Part shown: positions 1 through 9,185 of the stretch, piece after piece | Layout: the number at the start of each line of letters is the position of its first letter | How positions within the stretch are numbered: the stretch's first letter is position 1 | Origin: Eledone cirrhosa | Lineage: Eukaryota | Assembly (NCBI GenBank): GCA_964016885.1 | Contig: CAXHJY010001768.1 | Span: 1 to 64,000 of the forward strand | Direction: 5' to 3' | Length of the DNA: 64,000 nt | The notes under the pieces: generated by a model | What the model saw: the letters and a program-made list of their open reading frames with translations, nothing else | Database searches by the model: none | What the model was told of the DNA's origin: nothing | Position numbers and translations under genes: made by a program

Positions 1-33
1 GATATCTACATTTACCAATATATCTATCTTCAG
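1..33 (+). CDS. Possible 3' end of a host-gene exon cut by the window start
   Basis: Strong donor CAG|GTAAGA at 31-39. The phase-1 frame reads YLHLPIYLSS(G) and is compatible with the candidate exon at 2225-2323. No homology recognised. Confidence 0.25.
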
Positions 34-145
34 GTAAGAACACCAAAAGCAACAAAACACAAATCCCTGAAAGCAGTCCGGAGATACATAAATACACAGG
101 TAAAACCAAGACATAATAAATTAGTGAGTATATATATGATATTGA

Positions 146-315
146 TTAACCCTTTAGCATTTACATTACTCTATATTTATAATGAGATTTTGATGTTATT
201 TATTTTGAGAACAATACCTTAATATCAGTATGAGCAGCAAGTTATGGCTGGTTTGAACAGAAAGAGGTGAGAGAATTCTGGCCAGATACAGCTGGTTTAA
301 ATGATAAACAGTTAA
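146..315. mobile_element. piggyBac-like TTAA MITE (family also at 2325-2519 and 56233-56457)
   Basis: Starts TTAA-CCCTTTAGCATTTA and ends with a degenerate inverted copy plus TTAA. Internal sequence is shared with the other two copies. Confidence 0.7.
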
Positions 316-840
316 AGAAAATATGGAAGAATATTATTGTAATTGATTTACTCTTGGGTCCCATATAATAGGGAAGGGTAGGAATAATAGAGGGGTGGGG
401 TGAAAATCGATAATTTTTCTAGGTTGTCTGTTTATGACTGGAAATATGATAAATTAGTATACAAGTAAGAGCCCATCAAAGACTGAATATCTGCCGTCTT
501 TTGTTTATTTTAGTTTTGGTGATGATAAGGGAATTTCTAACTAGCTATCTGTGGGGAACTTCTGTCTGGTTTAATTCTCATGGATTAATCTGTTAAAGAA
601 TTAAAGAAGGAATTCCAAAGGTGGAAGTAAAGACAACAGTTTTAGTTAGCAAGACAGAAGAGAAGACCTGACTGCCATCTGGGAAGTGGGTATATGCAGA
701 AAAGGAGTATGGAGAAACCTCATATGTTTTACCCACGATGCATAAGAGATGCAATAGGATCATAGACAGGTTGACAGAAAATGACCTTTGTATGTAGCAG
801 GTGCATAGTTGTTAGCAGTAAATGCACCTTTGAAATAAAT

Positions 841-1053
841 TACCTTATACACTCAGATATAAGTCGATGAATGTATGACAAAAAAAAAAAAAAATAAAAA
901 TGGTAAAATGGCGGTTGGCTTATATTCGAGGTCAATATTGTGACGATTTTCACCAGCTTCAAATTCTATGTAAATAAGGTTTGGATTTTTGTCTATTTCT
1001 CAGACATAAAATAGTGGGATTGGCTTATACTCATATCAGCTTATATTCACAGT
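841..1053. mobile_element. Degenerate pogo/Tigger-type MITE
   Basis: Left end TACCTTATACACTCAGATATAAGTCGA and repeated right-end GGCTTATA(C/T)TC motifs resemble pogo/Tigger termini. Confidence 0.45.
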
Positions 1054-1082
1054 ACTTTAAATGCATTTATCCAAATAAGTGA

Positions 1083-1372
1083 AAGTACGTGGCTTTGTGG
1101 TCAGGGTATTAGGCCCACGATCATATGGCGGCATGCTGTATTCTTGAGCAAGACATTTTATTTCACGTTGATCCAGTCAACTCAGCTGGCAAAAGATGGT
1201 TGAACCTGCCAGCCTCGTCACATTGTGTCACACTGAATCTCCCTGAGAACTACGTTAAAGGTACATGTGTTTGTGGAATGCTCAGCCACCTGCACGTTAA
1301 TTACACGAGCAGGCTGTTCTGTTGATTGTATCGACAGGAATATTCGTCATATTAACTGACGGAGTGCCACTA
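1083..1372 (+). mobile_element. tRNA-derived SINE with CTTGAGCAAGACA central domain (family also at 50050-50360)
   Basis: A-box-like GTGGCTTTGTGGTCAGG, then CTTGAGCAAGACATTTTATTTCAC. The 3' body ACTGAATCTCCCTGA...GACGGAGTGCCA is shared with the 50050 copy. Confidence 0.7.
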
Positions 1373-2224
1373 TAATCGAAATATGTGATCTAGGTAATCT
1401 AATTAATATATATCAAGCAATGGCATGAGTTGGAATGAATTCTTTACAGGGTGGACCACATGAAGATGGCCAATGATTGTGGCGGATGTTCTGAAGGTAG
1501 AGTAACCAGAGTCTGGAAGGAGTGAAAAATGTTGATGAAGATAATACCTCAGCTGACAACAAAAGGGTTCTCAGTGCAAGAGAAGAGCAGACCTTTTATC
1601 ACTTGTGAAGAAAGTGCAGTATTGCAAAGTAGTGAAACATGGTAAAAATATTTGACTGCAGAGAGTTGTAAAGACTAGAAAGAAAGTAATCATAATTTGT
1701 CAGATGTGAAATGACTGAGGGCATAATTAACAAGCACAGATAAAGTAAAACTGGTATAAGAGAAACCAGGTGTATTGTTGAAGAGAGAAGACTGTGCTGG
1801 TATAGAGATGTGATGTGTAGGAAGGATGACAGTTGGGTAAAGAAGACACAAATGGTACAAGTGAGGAAGAGGTGAAATCAAAGAAGATATTGGAAAAATT
1901 GGTGAAGGCTGAGGAAATAGATAAGGAATCACAAGAAGTATTGAGATATGAATATCGAAAAATGATAATGATTTATATGTAGACATGTGAGTGTGTCTAT
2001 TTTCTGTCATGTTGTATCTATGACTGTATTATCGAAAGCATTACACCTCTTTTCAGTTCTTATTTCTAGCAGGTCTTCCAGGGACTATGTTGAAAAATAA
2101 ACCTGATTTAGTCATTCCATGAGAGTATCTTGGTCAGCCTATGAAGGAGTGATGCTAGAGATGTGAAATCTTGCATGCATTAATTTCAGCTCTTCTTATT
2201 AATAACTGAATTATTTCTTTCCAG

Positions 2225-2323
2225 GGACTATGTTGAGAAATAAACCTCATTTGGTCATTCCATGGGAGTATCTTGGTCAACCTATGAACTTTTCAGCTGA
2301 CCCTCTTATATTATTCCAGCAAG
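2225..2323 (+). CDS. Candidate 99-nt phase-1 internal exon of an unidentified host gene
   Basis: Acceptor TTATTTCTTTCCAG, open frame (G)TMLRNKPHLVIPWEYLGQPMNFSADPLILFQQ(G), donor AAG|GTTAAC. A partial upstream duplicate at 2077-2146 has TGG>TGA. Confidence 0.3.
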
Positions 2324-2324
2324 G

Positions 2325-2519
2325 TTAACCCTTTAGCATTTAAACTGGCCATATCCGGCCATAACCGGCTGCTCATACTGACATTAAGGCATTGTTCTCA
2401 AAATAAATAACATCAAAATCTCGTAGATTCAATATCATGTGAGATAATTATGTAAGATAAAGCCTTTACCACAAAAATACAATAGTAAATATAGAGTAAT
2501 GTAAATACTAAAGAGCTAA
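2325..2519. mobile_element. piggyBac-like TTAA MITE, opposite orientation to the 146 copy
   Basis: TTAACCCTTTAGCATTTA...TAAATACTAAAGAGCTAA. The interior is the reverse complement of the 56233 copy. Confidence 0.7.
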
Positions 2520-2705
2520 ATTAGCAGAATCATTAGAGTTCCAGACAAAATATTGCAATGTTTGTTCTGGTTCTTTATGTTCTGAATTCAAATCCCACCA
2601 AGGGTTGATAAAATAAAGTACTTGCCAGGGACTGGGACTGAATTAATCAACTAACTCTTTCCTTTAAATTTCTGGCCTTATGCTTCTATTAGAAATAATT
2701 ATTAG
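2520..2705 (+). mobile_element. Old tRNA-derived SINE (GATAAAATAAAGTAC family)
   Basis: TTCTGAATTCAAATCCC, GGTTGATAAAATAAAGTAC and CTGGCCTT motifs, diverged. Confidence 0.55.
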
Positions 2706-3175
2706 TCTCAGTTATTAGTACTATTGTCCCCTTCTTCTTCATGCTCTTGCTTGATGGGGTGAGGGTCATCCAAGGTCAGTGATCCCAGAGGTTTCATCAT
2801 AGCAATGCATTACTATGTACTATGTAAGAAGACATACTTTGATAGTCCTATATTATTAAATCTAGACATAGAGTATCTACAAGGTACAAATTCTATAAAA
2901 GGGCTGGAGCAACACTGTATTATTAAATCTAGGGAGAGACTATGTACGGGAGCTAAGGTAACCCTATATTATTAAAGCTGGATACACATTATGTAAGAGA
3001 GCTATGCTAGCTCTGTATAATTAAATCTGGGTACAGATTACATAAGAGGGTTGTTATTGTAGCCCCTTATTATTGTAAGTTTAAAGGAATGCATTTGACA
3101 TTGAATAATTGCAGCATAGTAGCAAAGTTGTAAAAGCAAAACAATCTACTTTCCATGTTACAATATAGAATTACT

Positions 3176-3195
3176 GTGTGTATATGCACACATAC

Positions 3196-3228
<33 letters not shown>

Positions 3229-4494
3229 CACATACATATATATATGTATATATATACATATATACACATACATATATATATGTATATATATACATATATA
3301 TATATACATACATATATATATGTATATATATATACATATATATATACACATACATATATATATGTATATATATACATATATATATATATATGTATATATA
3401 TACATATATATATATACACATACATATATATATGTATATATATACATATATATATATGAATATATATACATATATATATATGTATATATATATATATACA
3501 CATACATATATATATGTATATATATATACATATATATATATGTATATATATATATATGTATATATATTCATATGTATATATATACATATATACACATACA
3601 TATATATATGTATATATATACATATATATATATACATACATATATATATGTATATATATATACATATATATATACACATACATATATATATATATACACA
3701 TACATATATGTATATATATACATATATATATGTATATATATATATACACATACATATATATATGTATATATATACATATATATATACACATACATATATA
3801 TATGTATATATATATACATATATATATATGTATATATATACATACATATATGTATATATATACATATATATATGTGGAATGATAGGGACCCCAGTCCCTA
3901 TCATCTCATTTCTACAGCTGAGTAAACTGGAGCAATGTGAAATAAAGTGTCTTGCTCAAGGAAACAACACATCACCCGGTCTGAGAATTGAAATCACAAC
4001 CTTTCGATTGCAAGCCCAATGCTCTAACCACTAAGCCATGTGCCTCCATATGTGTATATATATATATGTGTGTATATATATATATATATGTGTATGTGTG
4101 TGTATATATATGTGTGTGTATATATATATATGTGTGTGTATATATATATATGTGTGTGTATATATATATATGTATGTGTGTGTATATATATATATATATA
4201 TGTATGTGTGTATATATATATATGTATGTGTGTATATATATATGTGTGTGTATATACATATATATGTATGTGTGTATATACATATATATATATATATGTA
4301 TATATACATTCATATATATATGTATATATACACATTCATATATATATGTATATATACACATCCACATATATGTATGTGTGTATATATATATATGTGTGTG
4401 TATATACATATATATGTATGTGTGTATATACATATATATATATATGTATATATACATTCATATATATATGTATATATACACATACATATATATA
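3176..4494. repeat. (TA)n/(CA)n compound microsatellite with an embedded SINE
   Basis: Directly visible. Source of the YIYI-type ORFs. Confidence 0.95.
3873..4049 (-). mobile_element. tRNA-derived SINE, 3'-truncated inverted copy of 7899-8072
   Basis: Reverse complement of 7899-8072 with 2 mismatches seen, including the ATGATAGGGAC..GTCCCTATCAT hairpin. Confidence 0.85.
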
Positions 4495-4624
4495 GTATAC
4501 TAGGGAGAGGATCAGGGGTGTATAACACTCCACTTATCCAACAGGCAGTATAAGGTTAGCTCGATGTCTGAGGACAGAGCCGTGATATAATAAATAACAA
4601 AGAACGCCTATAGCATATGCATAT

Positions 4625-4682
4625 CTTTACTTGCTAACATTGTTTCATCCGCACTATAAGTGGGACTCATCAGAGCATAAAG
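4625..4682 (-). ncRNA. Minimal type-I hammerhead ribozyme motif (inverted copy of 6838-6895)
   Basis: Exact reverse complement of the motif at 6838-6895. Confidence 0.75.
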
Positions 4683-5076
4683 GTTAATTACATACCACAC
4701 AAGCAATAACAAATCCAAGACATTGAAGAATGAAAAATAATAAAAGATAAAGGATATTAAGGAAGTAAAAGTAAAAATAAAAATAAAAATAAAAATAATA
4801 TTAAAATAAACATTGAAAAATAAACAATGAAAAATAATTGAAAAATAAGGGGTGCTATCAGTCACAGTTGGGCGGGGTGCTGTCAACATATAGTTACATA
4901 CAAGCATACACATGGATAAGAGAACAGACAAGAGTAGATAAGATAGATAGGATTAGGTAAGAGTAGATAAAAAATAGGTGAAAAATAGGTAAAAAATAGG
5001 TAAAAAATAGACTTATAATATATATAAGAAAATATAAAAAACATACATATAAAATATAAAATATACAGATAATAAT

Positions 5077-5262
5077 TGTTTCTACTTTAGGCACAAGGCC
5101 AGCAATTACCCAGTGCATTACTGGTACTTTATTTTATCGACCCCGTAAGGATGAAAGGCAAAGTCAACCTCAGCGGGATTTGAACTTAGATCGTAAAGGG
5201 ACGTAACTACGCTGGAAAGCATGGCGTCCGACCCTCTACCGATACTGCCAATCCACCGCCTT
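5077..5262 (-). mobile_element. Young tRNA-derived SINE (Nin-like domain) with target-site duplication
   Basis: Minus strand reads GGCGGTGGATTGGCAG...GTTCAAATCCCGC...TTGCCTTTCATCCTTACGGGGTCGATAAAATAAAGTACCAG. TSD AAATATACAGATAATAAT at 5059-5076 and 5263-5280. Confidence 0.85.
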
Positions 5263-5362
5263 AAATATACAGATAATAATGATACAGGGTAAGGAATGAA
5301 ATAAAAAAGAATAAAATAATATAAAATTAAAATTAAAATTATATAAAATAGAATATAATATA

Positions 5363-6417
5363 ATCATCATCATCATCATCATCAGGTTTAGCGTCCGTGT
5401 TCCACGCTTGCATGGGTTTGGACGGGGGTTTTCCCACTTGAGGCAAGAGTGGTTGTCTTGCTCGCATAGGACTGTCTGGCGGGTTTTCTACAGTTGGATG
5501 CCCTTCCTAACACCAACCACATTTACAGTGTGGGGCTGGGAGGTTTTTACCGTGTTGCCTACACGGCCACATTACAGCGTGGACTGTCTGGCGGGTTTTC
5601 TACAGCTGGATGCCCTTCCTAACACCAGCCACATTTACAGTGTGGGGCTGGGAGGTTTTTACCGTGTTGCCTACACGGCCACATTTACAGCGTGGACTGT
5701 GTGTTTTTTGTCGTGACACCTACACGATCTCATTTGTTTCGGCCTGGATGTTGTGGGACCAACATAACTTTACATTGAAAGGGGCGGTGTGGGTGGGGTG
5801 GAGGTGGTGGGACGGGGGTGTGTTTTGATAGAGATGCCTACTGACTGTAGTAGGTTTTTACTTTGTATTTAGGTAAGGCGGGTCTTCTCTATTACTGAGT
5901 ACCGCCAAAGGTCTCGGTCCAGTGACATTGTCTTGCAGAGGTGTAAGCGTGTGAGGTCGGAATTTATCAGCTCGTCCCATGTTTTTCTGGGTCTGCCTAC
6001 TCCGTGGCTACCGTCTATCTTTATTGCCCTGCACTTTGTTATACAGCTGTCGTCTTTCATGCGCATCACGTGACCGTACCAACGTAGCCTTCTCTCGAGT
6101 AAACAACATCTGATCCCTCTTATTTCTAATTTTTTCCTTAGTTCGTTTATGCTTTGCCGTTCACGTATATTACTATTGCACATCCAGCGGAGCATGCAAG
6201 CTTCGTTCCTCTCTAGTCTGCGTATATCCTCTGCACACAATGCCCAGGTCTCACTGCCATGCAGCATTGCTGTTCGTATGCAGGCATCGTATAACCTGCC
6301 TTTCATTTTTAGGGAGAACCCTCTAGCGGCTAATAGTGGTATAAGTTCTCTGAACTTTTTCCTTCCAGTTCTGACTCTAGCTACTGTACTTTCAGAGCAC
6401 CCTCCCCCACTGCTGAT
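5363..6417 (-). mobile_element. 5'-truncated RTE LINE (C-terminal ORF end, 3' UTR, (GAT)n tail)
   Basis: ORF 5869-6306 is nearly identical to the C-terminus of the 9264-11645 ORF. (CAT)n at 5363-5385. About 112-bp tandem duplication in the 3' UTR (5469-5693). Confidence 0.9.
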
Positions 6418-6527
6418 TTAATATAATAATAAAATAAGATAAAATAAGATAAACTAAAATAAAATAGACTAAAATAAAATAATATAATATAAGATATAAT
6501 TAAATAAATAAAATAAAATAAATAAAA

Positions 6528-6559
<32 letters not shown>

Positions 6560-6642
6560 AATTAAATAAATAAATAAAATTAAATAAAATGAAATGAAAT
6601 AAAATAAAATAAAATAAAGTAAATTGAGATAAGATATATATT

Positions 6643-6802
6643 TTTTTAGAATATATTTCTTGAATATATCAGGGGCCCACGAAGGCACTAAGTGTCACAG
6701 TTATCAGTATCACTTGACCATTTTTTAAAAATATATTTCTTGAATATATCAGGGGCCCACGAAGGCACTAAGTGTCACAGTTATCAGTATCACTTGACCA
6801 TT
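6643..6802. repeat. Tandem duplication of about 80 bp
   Basis: AATATATTTCTTGAATATATCAGGGGCCCACGAAGGCACTAAGTGTCACAGTTATCAGTATCACTTGACCATT occurs twice. Confidence 0.9.
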
Positions 6803-6837
6803 GCAAGGCAATGGAGGCGTCCCAGGTTGTAATTAAC

Positions 6838-6895
6838 CTTTATGCTCTGATGAGTCCCACTTATAGTGCGGATGAAACAATGTTAGCAAGTAAAG
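6838..6895 (+). ncRNA. Minimal type-I hammerhead ribozyme motif
   Basis: Stem I TGCT/AGCA extended by CTTTA/TAAAG. CTGATGA at 6847-6853. Stem II GTCC-CACT-TAT-AGTG-C-GGAT. GAAA at 6874-6877. Minimal stem III AC-AAT-GT. Cleavage triplet GUU, cut after 6884. Confidence 0.75.
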
Positions 6896-6935
6896 ATATG
6901 CATATGCTATAGGCGTTCTTTGTTATTTATTATAT

Positions 6936-7851
6936 ACATACATATATATATATATGTATATATATATTCATATATATATATGTATATATATATACACATC
7001 CATATATATATGTATATATACACATACATATATATATGTATATGTATATATATACATATATATATGTATATGTATATACATATACATATATATATATATA
7101 TACATATATGTATATATATACATATATGTATATATATACATATATATATGTATATACATACATATATGTATATACATACATATATGTATATATATACATA
7201 CATATATGTATATACATACATATATGTATATATATACATATATATATATATATACATATATATATGTATATATATATATATACATATATATATGTATATA
7301 TATACATATACATATATATATGTTTGTGTATATATACGTATATATATATATATGTTTGTGTATATATACGTATATATATATATATGTATGTGTTTATATA
7401 CATATATATATGGATGTGTATATATATATACATATATATATGTATATGTATATACGTATATATATGTATGTGTATATATACATATATATATATATAAGTA
7501 TATATACATATATATATGTATATACACACATACATATATATGTATACACACACATATATATACACACATACATATATGTGGATGTGTATATATACATATA
7601 TATATGAATGTGTATATATACATATATATATGAATGTATATATACATATATATATATATATGTATATACACACATACATATATATGTATATACACACATA
7701 CATATATATGTATATACACACACATATATATATACACACATACATATATATATATATACACACATACATATATATATATACACACATACATATATATATA
7801 TACACACACATATATATATATACACACACATATATATACACACACATACAC

Positions 7852-7882
<31 letters not shown>

Positions 7883-7898
7883 TATATATATACACATA
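6936..7898. repeat. (TA)n/(CA)n compound microsatellite
   Basis: Directly visible. The distal part mirrors 4050-4490. Confidence 0.95.
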
Positions 7899-8241
7899 TG
7901 GAGGCACATGGCTTAGGGGTTAGAGCATTGGGCTTGCAATCGAAAGGTTGTGAGTTCAATTCTCAGACCGGGTGATGTGTTGTTTCCTTGAGCAAGACAC
8001 TTTATTTCACATTGCTCCAGTTTACTCAGCTGTAGAAATGAGATGATAGGGACTGGGGTCCCTATCATTCCACTGTAAAGTGGACGTGGAGGTGCCACGA
8101 CAAAAAAGCACCCAGCACTCACTGTAAATGAGGTTGGTGTTAGGAAGGGCATCCAGCTGTAGAAATCAAGCCAGAATCAGTTCCCGTCCCACCCTTGCAA
8201 GCAGGGAAATGTGGACGTAAAATGAAATGATGATGAAAATG
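7899..8241 (+). mobile_element. Full-length tRNA-derived SINE with RTE-derived 3' end
   Basis: A/B-box-like head and CCTTGAGCAAGACAC domain. The 3' part GTTGGTGTTAGGAAGGGCATCCAGCTGTAGAAA...GGACGTAAAATGA(TGA)n matches the RTE 3' UTR at 11878-12045. Confidence 0.85.
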
Positions 8242-9185
8242 ACACACGTACATATATATACACACATATATATATACACACATATATATATATACACACA
8301 TATATATATATACACACATAGATATATATACACACATAGATATATAAATACACACACACACACACACATATATATCATCATCATCATCGTTTAACGTCCA
8401 TTTTCCACGCTAGCATGGGTACATATATATATACACACACACATATATGTATATATACACACACATATATATGTATATATACACATAATGATTATAATTA
8501 TTATTTTTATTAAATCATCATCATCATCATCGTTTAAAGTCCATCTTCCACGCTTGCATGGGTTTGGACAGGAGTTTTCCCACTTGAGGCAAGGTTGGTT
8601 GTCCTGCTCGTTGGTTGTCCTGCAGGTTTTCTACAGCTGGATGCCCTTCCTGACACCAACCACGTTTACAGTGTGGACTGGGAGGTTTTTACCATGTTAC
8701 CTATATGGCCACATTACAGCGTGGACTGTGTGTTTTTTTGTCGTGACACCTACACGACCTCATTTGTTTCGGACTGGATGTTGTGGTACCAACATAACTT
8801 CACATTGAAGGGGGTGGTGTGGATGGGGTGGGAGTAGTGGGACAGCGTGTATTTTTGTTAGAGGTGCCTACTGACTGTAGGTTTCGCTTTGTACTTAGGC
8901 AAAGCGGGTCTTCTGTATTACTGTGTAGCGCCAAAGATCTCGGTCCAGAGACATTGTCTTGGAGAGGTGTAAGTGTGTGAGGTCGGAATTTATCAAGTCG
9001 TCCCAGGTTTTTCTGGGTCTGCCTACTCCGTGGCTACCATCTATTTTTATTGCCCTGCACTTTTTTATACAGCTGTCTTTCATGCGCATCACGTGACCGT
9101 ACCAACGTAGTCTTCTCTCGAGTAAACAACATCTGATCCCTCTTATTCCTAATTTCTCCCTTAGTTTATGCTTTGCCGTTCACGT

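Larger units (their letters stand above)
540..1960 (+). pseudogene. Old degenerate RTE LINE, 3' part (post-RT region), interrupted by a MITE and a SINE
   Basis: Remnants of PSGKW..RKGV, HKRC, GGCSE..V.RV, LQSSETW and CW..HV motifs, colinear with the RTE ORF at 9264-11645. Many stops and frameshifts. Confidence 0.65.
4495..6935 (-). mobile_element. Non-coding Penelope-like fold-back insertion with a hammerhead in each inverted end
   Basis: 108-bp inverted arms 4585-4692 and 6828-6935, a 90-nt tail at 4495-4584 and (TA)n on both sides. The body is interrupted by a SINE and an RTE fragment. Confidence 0.6.

Noticed and set aside
7899-7975. tRNA gene calls in SINE heads (also 5077, 16076, 62433 and others)
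   Set aside because: A/B-box-like motifs run directly into SINE bodies and no complete cloverleaf was seen.
3070-8387. Numerous YIYI/CVYI ORFs
   Set aside because: They are translations of TA/CA microsatellites.
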